From: Ferruginibacter sp.
GTDB taxonomy: Bacteria > Bacteroidota > Bacteroidia > Chitinophagales > Chitinophagaceae
Reading direction: 5' to 3'
Length of the DNA: 64,000 nt
Assembly: GCA_025350645.1 (NCBI GenBank)
Contig: JANXXM010000036.1
Location: 14,699 to 78,698, forward strand
Part shown: positions 41,751 to 50,230 of the stretch, piece by piece
Numbering within the stretch: position 1 is the first letter of the stretch
Layout of the letters: each line of letters starts with the position of its first letter
Program-made: the position numbers and the translations under genes
The notes under the pieces: generated by a model
Told to the model about the DNA's origin: nothing
The model's input: only the letters and a program-made list of their open reading frames with translations
Databases searched by the model: none

Positions 41751-44267
41751 ATGAAACCATTTATCAGCATCAGCCTTTTTTTTATAGCCCTTGCGGTAAA
41801 AGCGCAACTGGTTACATATACTCCACTTAATGCCGATTTTGAAACAACGATTACCGTACAGTTTAACCTGAACCTTGCACAGGGTGCAAAAGCAAATGGC
41901 CTGCTGGGCAAAACAGATGGGTTGTATATATGGGCAGGTGCCGGTACAGCACATGGCGATCTTTTTGAATTTTCTCCCAAAGGGCAAATAAATTTTAATG
42001 GAGCGGTGGCAGAAGGTAAACTTACTTCGCTTGGCAGCAACCGCTGGGAAATAACCTTAAACCCCCGCACTTATTTTAAAGTACCATCTGGTAAAAAAAT
42101 TGCCACACTTGCCTTTATTGTAAAAAATGAAAATGGTTCTGCACAAACAGAAGATATTATTTTAAAACAAGGTTCATCAAAAGATTTAGCTGCCGTGCTG
42201 ATTACTTCTAAAAAACCATTTATAGAACAGCAGATAGATAAAACAGTAGTAAATGTACAGGCAGATATTAATGCTATAGGAAGCAGCGCCTTTGAAATTT
42301 TACAAAAAGCACCCGGTATAAATATTACCGGCGAAGATGTAATAAACATGAGTGGCAAAGCGGGCGTAAACGTGATGATAGATGGTCGTCCCACACAAAT
42401 GGGCAGTAAAGAACTGGCAAATTTTTTACGCAGTATGCCCGGCAGCAGTATAGAAAAAATTGAACTCATTACAAACCCTTCTTCCCGTTTTGATGCGCAG
42501 GGCAATGCGGGCATTATAAACATACGCCTAAAGAAAAACAGGATAAAAGGCACCAATGGCAATGTGGGCGCAGGTTATACCCAAAGCACACATTACCGCA
42601 GCAATGCATCCTTTAGTATCAATCGCCGTGCAGGAAAAATAAATAGTTTCTTCAACATTAATGCAGATAACAACCTGCAGCATACCAATGGTTTTATAAA
42701 CAGGAATGTAGATGTAAACGGCGCTACCAAAAACTTTTACAATGCTACCATAGATAAAGACAGAAGCAAAAGATATAACCTGAGAACGGGTATAGATTTT
42801 TTTGCAAATAAAAAAAGCACTTTTGGTTTTTTGTTTAATACTGATGCTAACCAAAATCCTTTTAACACACCCGGCAATACGGCCATAAGCAGCAATGCTA
42901 TTCTTGACTCTTCGCTGGCAACCACAAACGATAACCTATACAAAAACCGCCGCTACAATACCAACCTCAATTATAAATTTGAAGATACCCTTGGTAATGA
43001 ACTGAACATTGATGCTGATTATACCTATTTTAAAAACACTAACCTTACCAACCTTACTACATCCTACTTAGACAGGAACAACAGCAAATATAATTTTACG
43101 GCAAACGACCTTGATGTGGCTACCACCATAAATATTTACGCCCTTAAAGCAGATTACAGCAGGCAACTAAAAAAACTACATGCAAAAATAGAAACCGGCA
43201 TAAAGGCAAGTAATGTAAACACCGATAATAATTTATTTGCTACCACACTTGCAGGCAATACAATGAAAGCTGATACCGGCAGAAGCAATGTATTTTCTTA
43301 CAAAGAAAATATTTATGCTGCCTATTTTAACTTTGGGCAGCAGGTAAAAAAGTTTGAGTACCAGGTGGGCCTGCGTGTAGAAAATTCCGTGGTAAAAGGC
43401 CACTCTACAGATTTAAGAAAAACCAGCATCAATAATCCTGATACAAATTATGTAAATGTTTTTCCCACAGCATTTGTAAGCTATAAAATGAATGATAAAA
43501 ACAGGATTGCGCTCTCGTACAGCAAGCGCATCAACAGGCCCGATTATCAATCCCTGAACCCCTTTGAAACCATTTATGATATTTACACCAGCGAAAAAGG
43601 AAACCCGTTTTTAAAACCACAGTACAGTAACAACACAGAATTTAAATACACCTACAGGGATGCTATCAGCGTTTCGCTGGGATACAACCACACAAAGGAT
43701 TACAGCCAAACCATATCTCAGCAAAAAGGACAGCTAACAAGTGCTACGCAGGATAATATTGGCACGCTGGATAATGGCTACATAAACATAAGTGCACCCC
43801 TGCCCATTGCAAAATGGTGGGAAGGGTATGTAAACATTACCAGCTTTGTAAATCATTACAAAGGCATGCTGCCAGATGGTATTTTGAACAAAAAAGTATT
43901 GGGTATGAACTATTATATACAGCAAAATTTTAAACCAGGTAAAGGCTGGACACTGCAGCTAAGCAGTTGGTTTAATGCTGCCACAACAGAAGCAATTTTT
44001 AAAGCAAAATCACTGGGTAGCCTGGATTTTGGAATAAAGAAAACAATATTAAAATCCCGGGCATCTGTAAACCTTGCTGTAAATGATATTTTTAATACAC
44101 AACGCTGGAGCCAGAGTGTACAATTCGCCAACCAGAATTTTACTTACCAGCGCAAGTGGGAAAGCCGTGGTATAAGGTTGCAATTAAATTACAGCTTTGG
44201 TAAAACAAAATTTAGCGCAAGAGAAAGAGAAACCAATGCAGATGGCAACAGGATAAAAGTGAAGTAG
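41751..44267 (+). CDS. TonB-dependent receptor (outer-membrane beta-barrel family) with atypical N-terminal domain
   Basis: Signal peptide, KKPFIEQQIDKTVVNV, IELITNPSSRFDAQG.AGIINI plug, barrel ending LNYSFG. Confidence 0.88.
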   Translation: MKPFISISLFFIALAVKAQLVTYTPLNADFETTITVQFNLNLAQGAKANGLLGKTDGLYIWAGAGTAHGDLFEFSPKGQINFNGAVAEGKLTSLGSNRWEITLNPRTYFKVPSGKKIATLAFIVKNENGSAQTEDIILKQGSSKDLAAVLITSKKPFIEQQIDKTVVNVQADINAIGSSAFEILQKAPGINITGEDVINMSGKAGVNVMIDGRPTQMGSKELANFLRSMPGSSIEKIELITNPSSRFDAQGNAGIINIRLKKNRIKGTNGNVGAGYTQSTHYRSNASFSINRRAGKINSFFNINADNNLQHTNGFINRNVDVNGATKNFYNATIDKDRSKRYNLRTGIDFFANKKSTFGFLFNTDANQNPFNTPGNTAISSNAILDSSLATTNDNLYKNRRYNTNLNYKFEDTLGNELNIDADYTYFKNTNLTNLTTSYLDRNNSKYNFTANDLDVATTINIYALKADYSRQLKKLHAKIETGIKASNVNTDNNLFATTLAGNTMKADTGRSNVFSYKENIYAAYFNFGQQVKKFEYQVGLRVENSVVKGHSTDLRKTSINNPDTNYVNVFPTAFVSYKMNDKNRIALSYSKRINRPDYQSLNPFETIYDIYTSEKGNPFLKPQYSNNTEFKYTYRDAISVSLGYNHTKDYSQTISQQKGQLTSATQDNIGTLDNGYINISAPLPIAKWWEGYVNITSFVNHYKGMLPDGILNKKVLGMNYYIQQNFKPGKGWTLQLSSWFNAATTEAIFKAKSLGSLDFGIKKTILKSRASVNLAVNDIFNTQRWSQSVQFANQNFTYQRKWESRGIRLQLNYSFGKTKFSARERETNADGNRIKVK

Positions 44268-44338
44268 GAGTTTGTTTTATGCAAAGGAACAAAATAAAAG
44301 AATTGCGAATAAAAAAATTTTTACGCCGTTGTTATTAT

Positions 44339-44612
44339 TGCTTCGCTGTGTAAAATTCTTAATACAAGAAGGCGCAAAAGAAGGATGCAGCAAAAGATTT
44401 ATTTATTGCTCTGCTATTATCGCAACTTCGCTGCGTGAAACTATTTTAATTACACGCAAAGAAGCAAAGCAAAATAAGCACGCATAAGAAGAATTTTGTT
44501 TTGTTGTAATCGCTGCTTCGCTGTGTAAAATTCTTAATACAAGAAGGCGCAAAGGCAGCAAGCAGCACAAAGATTTTTTTGTTCCGTTGTTATCGTTGTT
44601 TCGTTTCGTGAA
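44339..44612. repeat. REP-like intergenic array, ~85-90 bp period, with a perfect 40-bp direct repeat
   Basis: TGCTTCGCTGTGTAAAATTCTTAATACAAGAAGGCGCAAA at 44339-44378 and 44514-44553; related CTTCGCTG.GTGAAA units at 44426 and ~44599. Confidence 0.8.
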
Positions 44613-44638
44613 CACCAAAACTTGTTTACCTTCAAACA

Positions 44639-45328
44639 ATGAACGAGAAATTAAAAGATGCATTGATAAGAAACCGGCCAACGTTTCATAAAGTAGTAAC
44701 ATTTGATGACAAAAGAGATTCATTACTGCCCTTTAATTTTACAGAAAGTAATGTAGAAATTACAGCTGCACTCGTTGCTGATACCAATCATTTTTCTGCA
44801 TGGGTAAATAAAAAATTAATTGATGCAGGGGCTACTTATGGTATAGGTGGCTACAACGAAAACCGCACTTTATACAAACGCAGTACATTATTTTCCGGCA
44901 TAGAAGAAAGAAGCCTGCATTTAGGTACAGATATATGGGCGCCTGCAGCAACAGCAGTATTTGCGCCACTTGGCGGTATGGTGCATAGCTTTGCCTACAA
45001 TAATAATTTTGGAGATTATGGTGCAACAATCATTTTGCAGCACCAGTTAGATACTGTTGCTTTTTATACTTTGTACGGGCATCTTTCTCTTGCAGATTTG
45101 GTAGATATGCGCAAAGGAAAATTTCTTACAAGAGGAGAAGTTATTGGACATTTAGGCAAGCCAGAAGAAAATGGTAACTGGCCGCCGCACCTGCATTTTC
45201 AGATAATAGAAGATATTAGTTTTAATGAGGGCAATTACCCGGGCGTATGCAGCCTGCAGGATGCAGAAAAATATCTGTATAATTCGCCAGACCCAGATTT
45301 TATATTAAAGATGAATTCTTTTATTTAA
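44639..45328 (+). CDS. M23 family metallopeptidase
   Basis: LHLGTDIW (HxGxD), DYG.TIILQH, YTLYGHL, PPHLHFQ (HxH). Confidence 0.88.
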   Translation: MNEKLKDALIRNRPTFHKVVTFDDKRDSLLPFNFTESNVEITAALVADTNHFSAWVNKKLIDAGATYGIGGYNENRTLYKRSTLFSGIEERSLHLGTDIWAPAATAVFAPLGGMVHSFAYNNNFGDYGATIILQHQLDTVAFYTLYGHLSLADLVDMRKGKFLTRGEVIGHLGKPEENGNWPPHLHFQIIEDISFNEGNYPGVCSLQDAEKYLYNSPDPDFILKMNSFI

Positions 45329-45606
45329 TGCATTGCGCCCATTCTAAAATTTGAAGTGCAGGTGGCAAAACCAATAAGCATTAATAAACCGCCACTTATA
45401 AAAAAGCCCTGCGCATATCTTTTATCTTTTGCAAACAATAAAATAAGGCCAACAAATAACTGCAGCAGGCCGCCAAAAAAACCTACACTTCCTATAAATA
45501 CAAAAAAATCTTCGCTGCTATGCCCACCATTTGCAACAGCGAGTAATGCGCCAAATAAAAAAACAACAGCAAAACTGTATAATATTATTTTGGGTATTAA
45601 TTTCAT
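45325..45606 (-). CDS. Small 3-TM membrane protein with a single C-terminal Cys (paralog B)
   Basis: 93 aa; ...GLILLFAKDKRYAQGFFISGGLLMLIGFATCTSNFRMGAMH; clear paralog of 45645-45920. Confidence 0.8.
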   Translation of the reverse strand: MKLIPKIILYSFAVVFLFGALLAVANGGHSSEDFFVFIGSVGFFGGLLQLFVGLILLFAKDKRYAQGFFISGGLLMLIGFATCTSNFRMGAMH

Positions 45607-45644
45607 TGTATAAATTTATTATTTACTTTTTATTTTTTAAGATA

Positions 45645-45920
45645 TTATATTTTAGTTGCGCTGCATACGGCAAAACCCAGCATTATCATTGTGCCTGCGC
45701 TTAATAAAAAACCCTGGGCATAACGTTTATCTTCTTTAAATAATAAAAATAATCCGATTATTAAATCTACTACTCCGCCAAAAATATTTACTAAGCCAAA
45801 TGCAATTGAAAGATTTTGATACGAAAATGATGAAGATCCGCTTATCGTAGATGAAACCATTAAACTAAAAAAAAGTGCAATTCCAATATTTATCAGTAAA
45901 ATTTTTACAGGTAGTTTCAT
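45645..45920 (-). CDS. Small 3-TM membrane protein with a single C-terminal Cys (paralog A)
   Basis: 91 aa; ...GLFLLFKEDKRYAQGFLLSAGTMIMLGFAVCSATKI. Confidence 0.8.
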   Translation of the reverse strand: MKLPVKILLINIGIALFFSLMVSSTISGSSSFSYQNLSIAFGLVNIFGGVVDLIIGLFLLFKEDKRYAQGFLLSAGTMIMLGFAVCSATKI

Positions 45921-46012
45921 GTGCTCATTTTATTATATTTTTCTTAGTCTGCAATTTGCCGAATTATTCCTTTTATTTTGTTTTAATGTAGCTCATTTGT
46001 AAGTACAAAAAT

Positions 46013-47419
46013 TTAAACTGGCACATGGCTTCTTTCTGCCTGCAGTACTTTTAAGTATTCTTCTTTATCATCCCTGTAAAATAAATTCATGGTTTCAAAA
46101 GGAATAATGCGCCCGTCCTTATGCACGATATGCACACAGCTTTTTTTAATAGACCTTACATCAAAATCGTACGCATCTATAAACCGCATAATAATAATGC
46201 GAAAAAGATTATCGTAACCCAGACCTGGCGCTTCAATTTGTGGTAAACAGCAAAGGAGTTGTTTCATATTTTCCTCTACCCTGTCTACCGAAATTCCTGT
46301 ACTAAAAATATCAATCATCTGTTCCTTTAACGCATCGTCCTGCTCGTACACAATGGTATTTTTGCTATTGTCTAAAAGCTGTACAGGATCTACATATCTC
46401 GTAAGCGGAAAAACTTTACCATTTACTTTTAATGCGTAACCCATTGCCAGCGCATCTGGGTTGCAGGGCACAGGAATAATATCATTTGGTTCAAAAATAT
46501 TGGTTTGCTCTAATATTTTTCTGCGTACATCGGTAAGCGTAATACGGTCCGTTGCGGGGTTAAAATTATCTGTACGTCCTGCTACCTGCGTGGGTTGAAA
46601 AGTAACCCCTCTTACACATTTTTGCTGTAAAGCAAATTCAATTATTTTTCCTATCTCCTCATCGTTTACTCCCTGCTGCAAGGTTACTACTAAAGTTGTG
46701 GCCAGGTTTAACGCATTCAAATGTTCCAGTGCTTTCATTCTTGTTGCCGTAAGATCTTTGCCCCGCAAGGCTTCTAGCGCATCGGGTTTAAATGAATCGA
46801 ACTGTAAATAAATTTCAAAATCGGGGGCATAAGTGGCAAGTTGCTTTGTAAATTCGAAGTCTTTAGCAATTCGTATTCCGTTTGTATTAAGCATTAAATG
46901 CTTTATCGGTTTTTTCTTTGCTATATCCATTATGGCAAAAAAATCCGGATGCACTGTTGGTTCGCCGCCGCTTATTTGCACCACATCTGGCGTGCCTTCA
47001 TTTGCCACAATAATATCCAGCATTTTTTCTACTTCTTCAACCGTTCTGTGCCTGCCGTAATGCGGGCTGCTCATGGCATAGCAGGTAGGGCATTGAAGAT
47101 TGCAGCGGTCTGTAATTTCTATAACAGTAAGGCAACTGTGCTGCTCATGATCTGCACATAAACCACAATCGTACGGGCAGCCATAATGTGTTTTTGTATT
47201 AAAATGCAATGGCGTTTCTGATGGCTTATTGTAATTGCGAATATTTTTATAATACTCAATATCTGTTGCTATTAACACTTTTTCAAACCCATGCTGCACG
47301 CAATTCTTAAGCATGTACACGTTGGCATTTTCAAAAACAATTTTAGCATCTACCCTGCGAAGGCAGGTGCTGCAAATACTAAGTGTGAAGTCGTAATAAG
47401 TGTATGGGCGTTCGGGCAT
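46013..47419 (-). CDS. Radical SAM enzyme of the Tes/GDGT-MAS (MJ0619, COG1964)-like family
   Basis: N-terminal CSTC...CVQH metal site, GCPYDCGLC..H...C auxiliary motif, CNLQCPTC radical SAM motif, SGGEPT, NTNG, YLQFD, C-terminal SCVH...GRIIPF. Confidence 0.85.
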   Translation of the reverse strand: MPERPYTYYDFTLSICSTCLRRVDAKIVFENANVYMLKNCVQHGFEKVLIATDIEYYKNIRNYNKPSETPLHFNTKTHYGCPYDCGLCADHEQHSCLTVIEITDRCNLQCPTCYAMSSPHYGRHRTVEEVEKMLDIIVANEGTPDVVQISGGEPTVHPDFFAIMDIAKKKPIKHLMLNTNGIRIAKDFEFTKQLATYAPDFEIYLQFDSFKPDALEALRGKDLTATRMKALEHLNALNLATTLVVTLQQGVNDEEIGKIIEFALQQKCVRGVTFQPTQVAGRTDNFNPATDRITLTDVRRKILEQTNIFEPNDIIPVPCNPDALAMGYALKVNGKVFPLTRYVDPVQLLDNSKNTIVYEQDDALKEQMIDIFSTGISVDRVEENMKQLLCCLPQIEAPGLGYDNLFRIIIMRFIDAYDFDVRSIKKSCVHIVHKDGRIIPFETMNLFYRDDKEEYLKVLQAERSHVPV

Positions 47420-47449
47420 GGTATTCGTTTTTATATTTGGATTTAGTTC

Positions 47450-47649
47450 TTATTCAAAATCTAATTTTGATAAACCAGACTGTCTACCTATCGAATTAAA
47501 AGTTGCTGTAGGCATTTCTTTCTCCCAGCAGGAATTATAACAGTCTATACCGGATTGCCCATTTTTCTTTATTAAACATGACTTCCATCTTGAGCCACAA
47601 AATATTTATCTTCTTTCTAAACGATATGTTGAGGTGTACTATTTTGCAT
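47450..47649 (-). pseudogene. Collapsed hicB-hicA toxin-antitoxin remnant
   Basis: MQNSTPQHIV*KEDKYFVAQ (HicB-like start, TAG where Trp is expected) fused in frame to DGSHV**...TVIIPAGR/KEMPTATFNSIGRQSGLSKLDFE* (HicA-like GSH motif and C-terminus, one frameshift). Confidence 0.65.
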
Positions 47650-47653
47650 AAAA

Positions 47654-48406
47654 TTATTTTCTCAAATATAATTTTTTTTTGCTAAAGTAAAGTGCTGCAT
47701 AATATCCAACCCCTGCTAAACAAGTAACCTGAATAGTAGATAATCCAACCTGCCAGGTATAATGCGGTTTTATAAAATCAATCAAAAAACGAAAACTGAT
47801 ATAAGCCATCATAAATATTTTGAATCGCATACCAGGTGGCAATATCCTGTGCTTTTCCACCTGCACAATACTTATCCAAAGCAATATCAAAAAAAGAATT
47901 TCGTACAGCGTTACGGGGTGCCGCAGGGTACCATCTCCCAAATTCATTCCTGTAAAAAACCCAGTAACAATACCGTAAGTTTCTTCATACACACCCATGC
48001 TAAAACAGCCTACTCTTCCTATTATTAACCCAAGTATCATAGGGTAAGTAAATAAATCGCCGCTGCTATTTTTTTCTTTAATAATTTTTTTGATCAGTTC
48101 TACGCCACACAATCCACCTAAAAAACCGCCAAGCACCGTTTTATTTTGATAGAAATACAATAATTTATTTGGTGCGGAAACCATCTCCGGAAAATTTTCT
48201 AATCCACCGATAAGCCTGCTTCCTATTATGGCACCAAATATGGCACCGATAATAATCCATGTTCTGTTTTCAGACTCAATAAGATCTTGTTGTTTTTTTC
48301 TTAAGAAAATAAAATAACGGAAAGCCACAAAAAAAGCAAGAAACTCAAAAATGCTATGCAGTGTAAAGTAATATTGGCCTGCAGATATAGTAATAGGAAA
48401 TGGCAT
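47654..48406 (-). CDS. Divergent prolipoprotein diacylglyceryl transferase (Lgt) family protein
   Basis: 7-TM; KTVLGGFLGG, IGRVGCF...YG, RHPVTLYE, YISFRFLIDFIK; ATG at 48406 (MPFPITI) preferred. Confidence 0.85.
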   Translation of the reverse strand: MPFPITISAGQYYFTLHSIFEFLAFFVAFRYFIFLRKKQQDLIESENRTWIIIGAIFGAIIGSRLIGGLENFPEMVSAPNKLLYFYQNKTVLGGFLGGLCGVELIKKIIKEKNSSGDLFTYPMILGLIIGRVGCFSMGVYEETYGIVTGFFTGMNLGDGTLRHPVTLYEILFLILLWISIVQVEKHRILPPGMRFKIFMMAYISFRFLIDFIKPHYTWQVGLSTIQVTCLAGVGYYAALYFSKKKLYLRK

Positions 48407-48413
48407 ACTTATC

Positions 48414-48421
48414 CAAATATA
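48414..48421 (-). promoter_or_regulatory. -7 element TATATTTG heading the lgt-like/radical SAM unit
   Basis: Exact TAnnTTTG match 7 nt upstream of ATG 48406. Confidence 0.55.
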
Positions 48422-48601
48422 ATTGTTATAAAAGGATGGCAAAGAATTTGCAGATAATTTTGCTTCTAACCAATATCCCTGAAATACCAAAACAGCACAC
48501 AAAAAATATTATTCTACGATCCATAATTGATATAACCACATTATGGTATTGCTACCTATTTAATCTATACCTACTTTTAACTTTCTTAAAAACTACCGCA
48601 C

Positions 48602-49138
48602 ATGCATCAATTACTTAAATGCCTTGCAGCCACAATTATTGTTTGTTTTACCACAACTGCTTTTGCACAAAAAAAAACCGATACCGAATTTAGAAAGGGA
48701 TATATTTTACTGCTTAAAATAAATAACGCCGTTGTTACAAATTTTCACTCAGCACCAGATTTGTATGCCGGTGGGCTTGCACTTAACCCGCAGTTTGTAG
48801 TAGCAGAGCATGTACTACGGCTCGGTGCCAATGCAGGTTTCGTGTATACCAATAAAAAATTATCGGGCATATTTGGGCCTATGCTGGCACTTAAAATAAA
48901 AAACTTTGATCTTAAAAACCTGGCAGGGCTTGCAAATCTTCAACTCATTGCAGAGGCAAACTGGGGCACAGATAAACAACAAATGGCGGGTGGCGGGCTG
49001 GCACTGGAAGTGTTACAAAAAGCACAGCTCAGTTTTACAGTGCAGCGAGATTATAATTTAAACAGTTGGTGGCTGCAAACGCATATCGGTATAAAACTAA
49101 ATAAGAAGAAAAAAACAACCCCAATTTTTAATCAGTAA
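48602..49138 (+). CDS. Hypothetical exported protein (alternating beta-strand pattern, possible small outer-membrane barrel)
   Basis: Signal peptide ending AFA-Q; amphipathic strands. Confidence 0.7.
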   Translation: MHQLLKCLAATIIVCFTTTAFAQKKTDTEFRKGYILLLKINNAVVTNFHSAPDLYAGGLALNPQFVVAEHVLRLGANAGFVYTNKKLSGIFGPMLALKIKNFDLKNLAGLANLQLIAEANWGTDKQQMAGGGLALEVLQKAQLSFTVQRDYNLNSWWLQTHIGIKLNKKKKTTPIFNQ

Positions 49139-49182
49139 AGAAATAATTTGTTGCATCATTTTTATTTATAAAAAATTTATTT

Positions 49183-50220
49183 ATGAAAAAAGCATTGGTA
49201 ATAAGCGGCGGTGGCTCTAAAGGTGCATTTGCAGTAGGTGTAATAAAACAACTGGTGCAAAACTTTCCTATTGATTTTGATATGGTGGTGGGTACCAGCA
49301 CAGGCTCGTTAATAGCTCCACTGGCAGCACTCGGCAAAATTGATGATCTGCAAAAATTATATACTACCATTACCAACGATGATATAATTATTAAAGACAA
49401 CATTGGTAACCGGCTGGATGAAAATTCAATATTTGACGCCTCTCCTTTATTTGAAAAAATTTCGCAGATTTATACTGATGCTTTTTTTGATGAACTAAAT
49501 ACATCGGGCAAAGAAATTTATTTGAATACCGTGTGTTTGCAAACAGAAGAACTGGTGGTATTTACCAATGCGGTAAATCCTGTGCAATCAAAATTTTACA
49601 CTACTACAAAACTTACAAATGGCGATCATTTTAGAAAAGCTATACTCGCCTCTGCCTGCCAGCCTATTTTTATGAACCCGGTAAAAGTAAACCTGCATGT
49701 AGCTGGCGAAGCAAGACCAAATGATCAGTTTGTAGATGGTGGTGTAAGGGAGTATGCTGGCGTACAAGTAGCCATAGATGCAGATGCAAAGGAAATTTTT
49801 ACGATATTACTCTCTGCTAAAAATGGGGAGGTAAATAATACAGATTATACTACCATGTTCCCTATACTGGAGCAGACCATTGCCATTTTTACGACAGATG
49901 TTGGTAAGAACGATCTTATCATCCCTTTTCAATACAATGATGCATTAAAATATATAGATGCCGTAAAAAAGAAAATGAAAAGAGAAGGTCTTGCTATGGA
50001 TGATATCAACAGATATTTTACCATACAAGGCAAGGAAAGTCCGTTTGAAGATAAAGTACCTTTAAAAATTCATATTATACAGCCGGAAACAGCATTGGGC
50101 GGCGGTACTGGCGGGTTGGAATTTATACCTGCAGATATGAAAAAAATGCTGGCAAAAGGTGTGGCTGCTGCGGGGGATTTTGTGGCGTCATTAAAACCCG
50201 GGGAGGTAGACTGGGCCTAG
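49183..50220 (+). CDS. Patatin-like phospholipase
   Basis: GGGSKG oxyanion loop, GTSTG nucleophile, DGG catalytic Asp. Confidence 0.92.
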   Translation: MKKALVISGGGSKGAFAVGVIKQLVQNFPIDFDMVVGTSTGSLIAPLAALGKIDDLQKLYTTITNDDIIIKDNIGNRLDENSIFDASPLFEKISQIYTDAFFDELNTSGKEIYLNTVCLQTEELVVFTNAVNPVQSKFYTTTKLTNGDHFRKAILASACQPIFMNPVKVNLHVAGEARPNDQFVDGGVREYAGVQVAIDADAKEIFTILLSAKNGEVNNTDYTTMFPILEQTIAIFTTDVGKNDLIIPFQYNDALKYIDAVKKKMKREGLAMDDINRYFTIQGKESPFEDKVPLKIHIIQPETALGGGTGGLEFIPADMKKMLAKGVAAAGDFVASLKPGEVDWA

Positions 50221-50230
50221 GGTTTTACTA

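Noticed and set aside
44339-44553. 40-bp direct repeat as a CRISPR array
   Set aside because: Only two perfect copies, 175 bp apart; the spacer contains a degenerate copy of the same motif; no cas genes
48424-48524. 32-codon ORF MDRRIIFFVCCFG... upstream of the lgt-like gene as a precursor peptide
   Set aside because: It lies upstream of the -7 element for lgt, has no recognisable features, and is likely chance
49183-50220. Patatin as a CBASS/anti-phage effector
   Set aside because: No CD-NTase, Cap or other defence genes nearby, and no sensor domain recognised
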